Positions 8,749 through 16,551 of a stretch of 20,000 nt of DNA are shown here, piece by piece (positions within the stretch are counted from its first letter, which is position 1; each line of letters begins with the position of its first letter). Origin of the DNA: an uncultured virus (IMG/VR IMGVR_UViG_3300028184_000121) (Duplodnaviria; Heunggongvirae; Uroviricota; Caudoviricetes); the IMG/VR virus record IMGVR_UViG_3300028184_000121, positions 53,337 through 73,336 of that record; one strand, given 5' to 3'. The notes below the pieces were generated by a model. It did not search any database. It saw only the letters and a list, made by a program, of their open reading frames with translations, and was not told the origin of the DNA. The position numbers and the translations under genes were made by a program.

Positions 8749-9354
8749 CTAGTTCTCCTCACTTTCTGTAAATTCTTCAAATAAGGTACCTGGCATTAGA
8801 ATATGTAATGAGTATTCAGGTTTCGTACTTGTAGCAGAGCGTTCTGCAAATATACGATGAGATTCATAATCTTTTACTAGTGCAATAATAATCTCTTTTT
8901 TACCCGGGAACTTAGTAAGTTTTTCGGATGTAGTTGTCATGATTTCCAATTGTCCAGTATGTGTCATTTTCTGTGACGTATGGATACATTTATTACCTTT
9001 AAGAATAGCGTCAGCACCCTTAACGATATCCACTCGTCGAGTGGTAGTTTTATTACCAATAATTTCAGAGATATTTGGAACTTCTCCCACAGGGTATTGC
9101 ATATTCGTAGGAACTGTTTCATCCATATCAATACACTTAAATGCGAAGTCTAAGAAGTCCTTCGAGAATAATGAGCAATCCCCACCATCGTATAAGTGTA
9201 CTAATTTAAGTCCATATGTATCATCTTGTAGTAATGTTTTAATTGCATCTGTATGATCTTGTGAGAAGTGTAATGATGAATTCTTAGGAAGGAATTTATC
9301 CAGCCCGTCCTTCTCGATATGTTGTAATGTAAGTTCTTTTGATAGTGTAATCAT
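8749..9354 (-). CDS. Paralog-array member, 201 aa
   Basis: TAATG overlap with the upstream gene. Motifs VHLYDG, FLDFAF, VDIVKG, SLHILMP. Confidence 0.78.
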   Translation of the reverse strand: MITLSKELTLQHIEKDGLDKFLPKNSSLHFSQDHTDAIKTLLQDDTYGLKLVHLYDGGDCSLFSKDFLDFAFKCIDMDETVPTNMQYPVGEVPNISEIIGNKTTTRRVDIVKGADAILKGNKCIHTSQKMTHTGQLEIMTTTSEKLTKFPGKKEIIIALVKDYESHRIFAERSATSTKPEYSLHILMPGTLFEEFTESEEN

Positions 9355-9929
9355 TATTTATTCTCTCCCTTTTCTGTAGTTGGTACATATACCATAATAT
9401 GTCGGTAAACACCCATAACGTCAGCAGGTTTATACCATTGCATTTCATTATTTGGGCGTGTAGCTATTTCTACTTCTACTTCGCATATAATAACATTATT
9501 TATAAACATTGGAATTGCTACACCATCTTCATCACAAGCGGTACATGATTCCATAATTTCAGTTTGCATAACACCATTACGATTCATATATGCAAAGTTT
9601 TTAATTTTTCTTGTTTTAGGTTGATAAGTTCCAAATAATACTGTAACTTTATGAGTATCAAATGAATCGAATGGTTTTACACCAATTCGAGATATGTGCT
9701 TGTTTGTAGCCTCATCGATAAATGTAAACATATCATTCTGACCTTCGAAGATTGCAATACTATCGATAACCTTTTCACCTTGTGCGAGTCTATCTAAGAT
9801 AATATCATGATGCTCATGTAGTAATGAGCCATCTCTACATAATTTTGTAATTTTATTAAGTCCTTTATCTATATTCTCTAAGCGAATATTTTCATATACT
9901 TTCTCAGCCTTATGTAAGTCTGTCGTCAT
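9354..9929 (-). CDS. Paralog-array member, 191 aa
   Basis: SD GAGGAGG. Motifs IAIFEG, FIDEAT, VTVLFG, HIMVYVP. Confidence 0.8.
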   Translation of the reverse strand: MTTDLHKAEKVYENIRLENIDKGLNKITKLCRDGSLLHEHHDIILDRLAQGEKVIDSIAIFEGQNDMFTFIDEATNKHISRIGVKPFDSFDTHKVTVLFGTYQPKTRKIKNFAYMNRNGVMQTEIMESCTACDEDGVAIPMFINNVIICEVEVEIATRPNNEMQWYKPADVMGVYRHIMVYVPTTEKGENK

Positions 9930-9952
9930 TTCTATTTCCTCCTCTAAGGTTT

Positions 9953-9967
9953 CTCAATATAATGTAG
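9953..9967 (-). promoter_or_regulatory. Putative early promoter CTACATTATATTGAG
   Basis: Variant of the recurrent motif, between the endolysin terminator and the next RBS. Confidence 0.55.
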
Positions 9968-9987
9968 GATGATTTCTAAAAAATGAC

Positions 9988-10017
9988 AAAAAAGAAGAGT
10001 AGACCGAAGTCTACTCT
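9988..10017 (-). terminator. Intrinsic terminator of the endolysin gene (cUUCGg tetraloop)
   Basis: AGAGTAGAC-TTCG-GTCTACTCT followed by TCTTTTTT. Confidence 0.9.
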
Positions 10018-10022
10018 CTTTC

Positions 10023-11069
10023 TTAGTATTTATCACGAACTGTGATATATGCACCATGAACCCATTCGTCATCATTGATGCAGTACCAATCACCTTGACG
10101 TGTCCAAACGCGTACTTGTGCACCGCTTGTAAGTTGTTTCTTAATAGAGAAGTTTGTTCCTGGACCTGTACGTACATTTAATACAGATGCTGTTACTACA
10201 GCTCCACCAGAAATAAAGTCTCCACCTACGTCAGAACGAACCCATCCAGAACCTAAGTTCCACCAAATGTAACCGTCTTCACCTTTGACATAACCGTAGT
10301 ATAAATACTCAAGTTTATCAAGTGTTTTAACGATTCTTGAATTTGTAGATGGCTGTTCACGTAAACGTACACCAGTGCCAGTTACTTTTACACGACCAAT
10401 TGGAAGACCTGCGTTTTTATCAACAAGACTACCACTGTCAGGTGCAATGCTTGGAGGTGGTGTTGGAACACTCGCTCCAGTATACCATTCAAGTGTTTTA
10501 TCACCTAATAGCATATTTACATCAGAACGTGTTTGGATACCTGGAATGTTACCGTACTCAGTATATTGCCAAATATCTACACGCATTTTTGGTTTAGGAC
10601 CATCTGGGTTAGGAGATTTGTTAGCTCCGTAACGTGGTACCCAAACGAAGTCAGCATCCACTTTATCCATACGGAATTCATCCCATACGTGATGACCAGT
10701 GTATAAGCCAACTTTCCATCCTGCTTTACGTAACTCATCAACGTAAGCTTGTGTAGCAGGAAGCATTAAATCAGGGCGTCCTTTGATTGTCAATTCTTCT
10801 ACATCGACAACTAAGAACTTCGCATCTTTATCCGCACGTTTCATGAAGTCACGTGCTTCCACACGAGCATCTTCGACGCTTACGAATAAAGCATATGCAT
10901 AGTGACCGAAAGGAATACCGTATTGTTTACAGCCTTCAACGAAAGACTTATACTTTCTATCAACCGTGTTAGAACCGTATTGGACACGAATGATTGCTAA
11001 GTCTAAGTATTTACTAGCTAAAGACCAATCTACAGTATTATGATGGGAAATATCAACGATGAAACCCAT
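10023..11069 (-). CDS. Endolysin: GH25 muramidase (PlyB-like) plus two SH3b-type cell-wall-binding domains
   Basis: IVDISHHN, IIRVQYGS, IPFGHYAY, catalytic VVDVEE, VGLYTGHH, WVPRYG, DIWQYT. Pro-rich linker, then VRLREQPSTNS...GWV and LNVRTGPGTNFSI...EWV. SD AAGGAG. Confidence 0.95.
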   Translation of the reverse strand: MGFIVDISHHNTVDWSLASKYLDLAIIRVQYGSNTVDRKYKSFVEGCKQYGIPFGHYAYALFVSVEDARVEARDFMKRADKDAKFLVVDVEELTIKGRPDLMLPATQAYVDELRKAGWKVGLYTGHHVWDEFRMDKVDADFVWVPRYGANKSPNPDGPKPKMRVDIWQYTEYGNIPGIQTRSDVNMLLGDKTLEWYTGASVPTPPPSIAPDSGSLVDKNAGLPIGRVKVTGTGVRLREQPSTNSRIVKTLDKLEYLYYGYVKGEDGYIWWNLGSGWVRSDVGGDFISGGAVVTASVLNVRTGPGTNFSIKKQLTSGAQVRVWTRQGDWYCINDDEWVHGAYITVRDKY

Positions 11070-11097
11070 ATATATCCACTCCTTTTAAGTAAGATAT

Positions 11098-11127
11098 GAG
11101 ACAAGTTTGTTGTCTCAATATATTGTT
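11098..11127 (-). promoter_or_regulatory. AR9-type late promoter AACA-N6-TG with a 5'-terminal mRNA hairpin
   Basis: Minus strand reads AACA(11127-11124)-ATATAT-TG, matching the AR9 nvRNAP consensus AACA-6N-T(A/G) as I recall it. The predicted +1 G at 11116 starts hairpin GAGACAA-CAAAC-TTGTCTC. Confidence 0.65.
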
Positions 11128-11163
11128 AAGAGTGAAGATGGGTGGGGAGTTCATAATGGAGAC

Positions 11164-11198
11164 AAAAAAAAGGAATAACCTAGAATTAGGCTACTCCT
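11164..11198 (-). terminator. Intrinsic terminator
   Basis: AGGAGTAGCCTA/TAGGTTATTCCT (G-U pairs form only on the minus strand) plus U-tract. Confidence 0.85.
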
Positions 11199-11497
11199 AA
11201 TCCACTCTTCATGATACGCATCTGCGGTATGAATATGTGGATTGTCCTATCTTTAAATACTTTGGTGATATCTAATGGATGGACGACATGTACTTCAACG
11301 GCGGCTTTAAAGGCTGCACCATCTTTGAAACCAGTATAGAAGATAACGTTCTCAACATCGTCAGTTAAAGTAACTTCGTCAAATAATTCTTCTACTTCAA
11401 ATTTAGTTAAGATACCAGTTCTAATGATTGTACCGTTAACATAAGCTTCGTTCTCCTGCATAAATCTTGAAAATTCTGAGTCAGTAAATTTTTTCAT
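11186..11497 (-). CDS. Short paralog-array member, 103 aa
   Basis: SD AAGGGG. Motifs GILTKFEVEEL, VIFYTG, AAFKAA, TIHIFIPQMRI. Has its own promoter and terminator. Confidence 0.8.
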   Translation of the reverse strand: MKKFTDSEFSRFMQENEAYVNGTIIRTGILTKFEVEELFDEVTLTDDVENVIFYTGFKDGAAFKAAVEVHVVHPLDITKVFKDRTIHIFIPQMRIMKSGLGVA

Positions 11498-11538
11498 AAT
11501 AATAAATCCCCTTTATAATTAGTATAGTTTTGATGTAT

Positions 11539-11577
11539 TCACTAATATAATATGTAACTGAAAAGGGGGTTATTACG
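11539..11577 (-). promoter_or_regulatory. Bipartite early promoter CGTAATAA-N14-ACATATTATATTAGTGA
   Basis: Recurrent motif pair with identical spacing. Confidence 0.7.
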
Positions 11578-11615
11578 GAACATAGATTTACGGTCAGGAG
11601 CATAGTAAAACAGAC

Positions 11616-11648
11616 AAAAAAATAAAAGGTAGGAATGAACCTACCTTT
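11616..11648 (-). terminator. Intrinsic terminator
   Basis: Stem AAAGGTAGG/CCTACCTTT plus U-tract. Confidence 0.85.
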
Positions 11649-11655
11649 CATTATA

Positions 11656-12156
11656 TTACTCAGATAAACGACTCTGAGGAATATATACTCGCAATGCTCT
11701 GAAACTCGGGATAGAATGAGGAGTGACAATGCCTCCAAAACCACGTGTCGCTCCACGACCGACATGGGAGCATACCGTAGCAGTAAGATGATCTGCATTA
11801 AATGCTGGTAATTGATTGGTCGATAATGGTTTACGATTGTATTCGACATATCTTCCAACTTCCACATCGTTTAATACAGGTTCAATTTTAACTGTATCAG
11901 TTCGACTTGTAGTCTTATGTTCTCGAACAATTTCTTTCTCAGTACATCCTTGTAAACGGAATGCTTCGTTATGACGTCCTCCGAAATACACTTCAACAAT
12001 ATCGATTTCTTTGTCTTTAAATACATCTAATAAAACATCAAACTCGTTAGAAGTGATATAGCCTAAGGTAAAGAAGTGATTCACATACTCTTCACCCATT
12101 TCTTGAATATCGATAGGTTGTACTGTTAGTACTTTTTCTGTAGTTAATTTAATCAT
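11656..12156 (-). CDS. Paralog-array member, 166 aa
   Basis: SD GAGGAG. Motifs YITSNEFDVL, VEVYFGG, FRLQGCT, DVEVG, LRVYIPQSRL. Close paralog of 12238-12759. Confidence 0.85.
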   Translation of the reverse strand: MIKLTTEKVLTVQPIDIQEMGEEYVNHFFTLGYITSNEFDVLLDVFKDKEIDIVEVYFGGRHNEAFRLQGCTEKEIVREHKTTSRTDTVKIEPVLNDVEVGRYVEYNRKPLSTNQLPAFNADHLTATVCSHVGRGATRGFGGIVTPHSIPSFRALRVYIPQSRLSE

Positions 12157-12161
12157 TGCCG

Positions 12162-12226
12162 TCTCCTCTTAGCTATCCAATTTTTCATTAGATAGTGAGG
12201 GCTGTTATGGACAGCCCTCGAACCTT
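12162..12226 (-). repeat. Double-hairpin leader element, copy B
   Basis: AAGGTTC-GAGGGCTG[TCCATAA]CAGCCCTC-A-CTATCTAAT[GAAAA]ATTGGATAG-CTAAGAGGAGA. 60/65 nt identical to copy C. Confidence 0.85.
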
Positions 12227-12237
12227 ATTATATAATA

Positions 12238-12759
12238 TTACTTTACTTCATGACCTGGACGTACACGTTCTTGTGGAATGTATACACGCAATACAATTTC
12301 ATGTGAATGTGAAGCTCTATTACGAGGTCCAACTTCAAATCGACGAACTGTTTTACGACTTGTATGATGACAAACTGTAGCATTGATATTGTCAAAGTTA
12401 ATCATTGGTCGTGAATGCACAACAGTGTTACGATTTACTTCAACATAGTTTCCTAAACTAACTGCACCAAATTCTGCAACTGGGAAGATATTCACTACAC
12501 GAGATTCTTCTTCACCAGGTTTCTTCATGCGAATTTCTTTTTGTGTGCAACCGTTAAATAGGAACTCTTCAACATGTCGTGCACCAAAGTATACTTCAAC
12601 TTTGTTAATAGTATGTGCACGATATACATTCATTAAAGCTTCTAATTCATTAGATGTAACGTAATCTAAAGTAAAGAAGTGATTTACCCACTCATTACCT
12701 TTTTCTAAAATCTCTTTTTCTGTTACTTCTAATACGTCTGCTGTAGTCATTTCGATCAT
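12238..12759 (-). CDS. Paralog-array member, 173 aa
   Basis: SD GAGGAG. Motifs YVTSNELEAL, VEVYFGA, FLFNGCT, GAVSLG, LRVYIPQERV. Confidence 0.85.
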   Translation of the reverse strand: MIEMTTADVLEVTEKEILEKGNEWVNHFFTLDYVTSNELEALMNVYRAHTINKVEVYFGARHVEEFLFNGCTQKEIRMKKPGEEESRVVNIFPVAEFGAVSLGNYVEVNRNTVVHSRPMINFDNINATVCHHTSRKTVRRFEVGPRNRASHSHEIVLRVYIPQERVRPGHEVK

Positions 12760-12764
12760 TGTTT

Positions 12765-12829
12765 TCTCCTCTTAGCTATCTAATTTTTCATTAGATAGTA
12801 AGGGTTGTTATGGACAACCCTCAAACCTT
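12765..12829 (-). repeat. Double-hairpin leader element, copy C
   Basis: AAGGTTT-GAGGGTTG[TCCATAA]CAACCCTT-A-CTATCTAAT[GAAAA]ATTAGATAG-CTAAGAGGAGA. Confidence 0.85.
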
Positions 12830-12841
12830 TATATGTTTTTA

Positions 12842-13351
12842 TTATTTATTTTCTTGTAAACGTTCTTGCGGAATATAGATATTTAATGTTGTTACAGGTA
12901 ATGCAATTGCAGCACGTTGCTGTCCAAACGTTTCATGTAATCGTTCGATAGTAATTGTTGCTGTTACATCTGTAGCTTTGAATCCAGCTTGAACCATATT
13001 GGAATTCTCTAAGTTAGCGCCAGTACGGTCAATAGATTCAGTCCCTTTAGTCACAGTACCAAATTGAACAGTTACTTCAACTGTTTTATTTCGTTTTGCA
13101 AATGTTTGATGTGTAGTATGGAATTTAGCTGTGCATGCATCATAAGCAAAGAACTCACCTTGCACTGTTCCAAAGTACACTCGTACATGTGTAAATTTAT
13201 TTTGTGGATTAGTGTAAATACCATGTAGCATATTTGCTTCAGTTTTATTTAATAATCCTTGATTTAAAAATGCTTGTTTATACTCTTCCCCTGAAGTTTG
13301 TACCACTTCATCGGTTACTCTTAAAATTGAATTCGTATCGATTTTTAACAT
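12842..13351 (-). CDS. Paralog-array member (start revised to MLKID...)
   Basis: ATG 13351 with SD GAGGAGG. Motifs GLLNKTEANML, VRVYFGT, FAYDACT, FGTVTKG, LNIYIPQERL. Confidence 0.85.
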   Translation of the reverse strand: MLKIDTNSILRVTDEVVQTSGEEYKQAFLNQGLLNKTEANMLHGIYTNPQNKFTHVRVYFGTVQGEFFAYDACTAKFHTTHQTFAKRNKTVEVTVQFGTVTKGTESIDRTGANLENSNMVQAGFKATDVTATITIERLHETFGQQRAAIALPVTTLNIYIPQERLQENK

Positions 13352-13364
13352 AAGTTTCTCCTCC

Positions 13365-13416
13365 TCATACAATCTTTAATTGTATGAATGATATTTGTCT
13401 GGTATATCGGACCATA
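13365..13416 (-). repeat. Double-hairpin leader element, diverged copy E
   Basis: ATGGTCC-GATAT[ACCAGACAA]ATATC-AT-TCATACAAT[TAAAG]ATTGTATGA-GGAGGAG. Same architecture, different stem sequences. Confidence 0.55.
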
Positions 13417-13477
13417 GTTTTTATATCTATATTGTAAGCTAGGAGGGAGGGTATGGGGACCCTTCTCCTAGGTGTTA

Positions 13478-13942
13478 CTAACCTAAATACACATGAAGTG
13501 ATTTAATAACAACAATTTTTGTAACTCTCTGATCCTTTCGAATCTTATGGTTGTATGTTACAGTTGCTGCAAATTGATTTTGTTTGCAACGACCTGATAC
13601 CTGGGATAATAATCCTACACTAAAAGGATCATCGTAGTCATCATTTGCACCGATAATAATATCCGATGTCAATACTTTTACTCGTTGAATCCATACATAT
13701 CCCATATCTTGACGATAAACTGTCGTACATGCACCGCCACAGAAACGGTTGTAATCGTCAATATATTTATCGTATACATGTAATTCTGAAATGTCACCTT
13801 TCGCTAACTCGACTTTAAGAACTTCAAAGTTCTTTTTAGAAAGCTTTCCTGCGGAAATGTGTTCTTTTAACAATACCATCATTTCAGAAGTGAGTTCTTC
13901 CGATGGCTTGTTTTGAGAAGGTGATACTTTAATCGATTTCAT
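13478..13942 (-). CDS. Paralog-array member (start revised to MKSIK...)
   Basis: ATG 13942 with SD AAGGGGA. Motifs KLSKKNFEVL, LHVYD, FCGGACT, VKVLTSDIIIG, SLHVYLG. Confidence 0.8.
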   Translation of the reverse strand: MKSIKVSPSQNKPSEELTSEMMVLLKEHISAGKLSKKNFEVLKVELAKGDISELHVYDKYIDDYNRFCGGACTTVYRQDMGYVWIQRVKVLTSDIIIGANDDYDDPFSVGLLSQVSGRCKQNQFAATVTYNHKIRKDQRVTKIVVIKSLHVYLG

Positions 13943-13956
13943 AGTTCCCCTTTTCT

Positions 13957-14007
13957 TACTCAAGTTTTAATTGAGTAGGTAATGTTTCATGGATAACATT
14001 CAACCTT
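13957..14007 (-). repeat. Double-hairpin leader element, copy D
   Basis: AAGGTTG-AATGTT[ATCCATGA]AACATT-ACC-TACTCAA[TTAAAAC]TTGAGTA-AGAAAAGGGGA. Confidence 0.75.
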
Positions 14008-14019
14008 TTTTTATGGTGC

Positions 14020-14058
14020 TCACTATTATAATATATAGTCAATTATATCTTTATTACG
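14020..14058 (-). promoter_or_regulatory. Bipartite early promoter CGTAATAA-N14-ATATATTATAATAGTGA
   Basis: Recurrent motif pair with identical spacing, immediately downstream of a terminator. Confidence 0.7.
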
Positions 14059-14095
14059 AAAAAAAAGAAAAGTAGAATCCTTAACGGATTCTACT
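14059..14095 (-). terminator. Intrinsic terminator overlapping a stop codon
   Basis: Stem AGTAGAATCC/GGATTCTACT plus TTTCTTTTTTTT. Confidence 0.88.
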
Positions 14096-14620
14096 CTCTG
14101 GAATGTAAATATGAAGATACACTTTACTATCTTCTTTATAGTGATAAGACGGATGTTCTTTGACTGTCTTATCCATTTCATATGTTTCTATTACATGTAA
14201 CTTGTTTACATCGAATACAGATTTGCAATTATCTGAAGTGGACGTGTCACGCATTTGTCCAGTCTGAGTACGATGAGTTGTTTGTTTTCGTTTAAAACCA
14301 ACTGACATGTCGGTCAGTACTGGTCGTACTACTTTTGCAGACGTTACCGTTTTTTTCACTTCAGGTACGTCCTTATATACGAATTGATTTTCATTATATG
14401 TAGCACTATGTTCGAAACGATAAATATCAGCGTTTCCAATATAAAAAATAACAGTCGCTTCATTTAATTCTTCACATGAAGCACCGTTAACGATGGTAGA
14501 TAATTCTTCTGATGTTAGTATTTCTAATTTTGGATTATGTAACGCCTTCTTAATTTCTTTTATATTATTTGTTAAGATGCGTTGTAGTACATATCGTTTC
14601 ATCTCTATTGTTTCAGTCAT
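14081..14620 (-). CDS. Paralog-array member, 179 aa
   Basis: SD GAGGGAG. Motifs ILTSEELSTI, VIFYIG, FEHSAT, VLTDMSVG, LHIYIPESRI. Confidence 0.85.
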   Translation of the reverse strand: MTETIEMKRYVLQRILTNNIKEIKKALHNPKLEILTSEELSTIVNGASCEELNEATVIFYIGNADIYRFEHSATYNENQFVYKDVPEVKKTVTSAKVVRPVLTDMSVGFKRKQTTHRTQTGQMRDTSTSDNCKSVFDVNKLHVIETYEMDKTVKEHPSYHYKEDSKVYLHIYIPESRIR

Positions 14621-14682
14621 GAATATCTCCCTCTCCGGTTTCTCTCTATTATATGGATGTACAGATATTCATAAATGATTAC

Positions 14683-14710
14683 AAAAAAAGAATAGGGATT
14701 CCCTATTCTT
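14683..14710 (-). terminator. Intrinsic terminator overlapping a stop codon
   Basis: Stem AAGAATAGGG/CCCTATTCTT plus U-tract. Confidence 0.85.
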
Positions 14711-15218
14711 CTCCAATCACATACGCTTGAGGAACATAGATACTTAGTACAGTACCTAGGTCATCCGTATGTGTTCTATCTCCATCTTCCGTTTTATTTA
14801 CTTTATTATTCTTAATAACTGTAACCAATTGGTCAGCCATTTCACATGATACATATTTATGATAGTTCTCTGTATCGATGCCACCTGATAGCTTCTTAAT
14901 AATCGTAGATGTTTCTCGGTGTACCCCTGTTGTAATAAGACCGATCAATACATTACAAGTTGTGCTATGTGTTGCTATTTTGATATTCTCACCTTCATGA
15001 ATAGTAGACATCATTGTTTTTGTATAGCAAGCTGTATTCTTAAAATCATCTAAATCCTTTTCTCCAAAGTAAAATGTAATTTCTTTAATCGTTTTATCTT
15101 TCTCTAACTCTTGCGTTGCTACTGAATCAATTGTTGCTAAAGCTGTAGGCTCAACCAACTCCTGCATTCCTCCAAAGAACAATTCCTTCATTTTCTCCGT
15201 TACAAAGAATCCTTTCAT
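14703..15218 (-). CDS. Paralog-array member (probable start MKGFF..., ATGA overlap)
   Basis: Motifs ITFYFGE, FKNTAC, CNVLIGLITTG, LSIYVPQ. Confidence 0.8.
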   Translation of the reverse strand: MKGFFVTEKMKELFFGGMQELVEPTALATIDSVATQELEKDKTIKEITFYFGEKDLDDFKNTACYTKTMMSTIHEGENIKIATHSTTCNVLIGLITTGVHRETSTIIKKLSGGIDTENYHKYVSCEMADQLVTVIKNNKVNKTEDGDRTHTDDLGTVLSIYVPQAYVIGEE

Positions 15219-15856
15219 CTTAGCCATCCCTCTTCCGTTAATTTTTTTACATTTATATCTGTTAGTTTATAATCGCCTTTAAATACATTATGATCAACGT
15301 TACCGAATCTAGTTTCCCCGTCTTGGATTTCCATTACATCCATGCCATCATTCGTAAGAGTCTGTAAAGAGAATGTACAATACGGATATGATTTAGAAAT
15401 CTCTTCTAGCTTCTTTCTTGTACTTTCTAATTTATCATAATCTTTATCAATATAAATACTATATTGATGCATGTTATCATTAAAGATAATACGCTCACCT
15501 TCCAATACTCGTATGCCAGCTCGCAATTGACCTGCTATCAATATTGGGTCAAATTTATTATATTTGTCATATTGTTTAGAGTCTTCCTTTTTCAATGCTT
15601 CTATGATATCATCAGCTCTCGCCATGACCATATCGATATCATATGATTCAAACTGTTCATAATGGTCCATTACATACTGTGCCATGATTGATAGTTTATC
15701 CCAAATGTATTTAGAGTTAATACTATCCACAATTCTATTATGGAATTGAACCAATAATGTATTATCTAAAGAGAGCGAATGTATATCCGCTCTCAATCCT
15801 TTATCTTCTTCTACGATGCCTTCTATTAATATTCTAAGTTCAACTATCTTCTTCAT
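15215..15856 (-). CDS. Hypothetical protein, apparently not a member of the array family
   Basis: About 213 aa ORF with ATGA overlaps at both ends. Lacks the C-terminal motif. Confidence 0.75.
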   Translation of the reverse strand: MKKIVELRILIEGIVEEDKGLRADIHSLSLDNTLLVQFHNRIVDSINSKYIWDKLSIMAQYVMDHYEQFESYDIDMVMARADDIIEALKKEDSKQYDKYNKFDPILIAGQLRAGIRVLEGERIIFNDNMHQYSIYIDKDYDKLESTRKKLEEISKSYPYCTFSLQTLTNDGMDVMEIQDGETRFGNVDHNVFKGDYKLTDINVKKLTEEGWLR

Positions 15857-16497
15857 TCCCATTCACCATCCAGTGTTAATTCTGATGCCATCACGTTCGG
15901 AACATAGATGTGAACAAAGTTTGCAGTAAATTCTTTATCCTTCACACCATCAGGCTCCATGATAGAAGAAGAATGACGATAGTGAGACAATGTTACCATA
16001 AAGAATGTATTATCCCATACTGGTGATACATAATGGAATGAATCTGGGATAAGATTACGAGTCGGTCCATTTGCAAAATGCTCCTCAACATTTACTGCCA
16101 TCATCATACCTAGTTTCGGCTTAGGTAGATGGCTAGGCACATCACCATCATCTATAATAACTGTTTTTAACATTTCATAATCAGTGTCAGCGATATCCAT
16201 CCCAGGTCTTCTACTAGATAGGTGAATATCATCCATACCATAAGTCTCAAAATCATTATGCTCATCTGTACCATAATATAGGTAGAATCCATCAATGGTT
16301 TTTCCTAATGATTGGATTTGAGCATGAATTTTACCCGCCAACATATCATACTTTCCTTCAAAGAAGTATGTGCGTTTACGCGGTAATACTTGAAGCAATG
16401 CGTTTTTAATCGTAAAGACCGTTAGGTCAGTACGCTTCGGTTTGTTCATTCTTTCACACTTTCGATACGGTTTGAAGATTGTGTCTAAACTTGTCAT
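15853..16497 (-). CDS. Diverged paralog-array member, 214 aa
   Basis: SD GGAGG. Motifs FYLYYGTDEHNDF, TVIIDDGDV, FVHIYVP. Confidence 0.75.
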   Translation of the reverse strand: MTSLDTIFKPYRKCERMNKPKRTDLTVFTIKNALLQVLPRKRTYFFEGKYDMLAGKIHAQIQSLGKTIDGFYLYYGTDEHNDFETYGMDDIHLSSRRPGMDIADTDYEMLKTVIIDDGDVPSHLPKPKLGMMMAVNVEEHFANGPTRNLIPDSFHYVSPVWDNTFFMVTLSHYRHSSSIMEPDGVKDKEFTANFVHIYVPNVMASELTLDGEWE

Positions 16498-16551
16498 TTT
16501 ATAATTCCTCCAAGTAAATTATTGATAAAGCTTTTTACTTTATCTTGTATT

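Noticed and set aside
8098..14007. Palindromic repeats as a CRISPR array or attC-like cassette sites
   Set aside because: They are separated by whole genes rather than spacers, no cas or integrase gene is in the window, and G-U-tolerant changes plus a fixed position at the RBS indicate an mRNA-level structure.
1371..14036. Plus-strand TATAAT hexamers as host sigma-A -10 boxes
   Set aside because: They face away from every gene, the copies I checked have no TTGACA-like -35 at 17 nt, and the conserved flanks fit a minus-strand phage promoter better.
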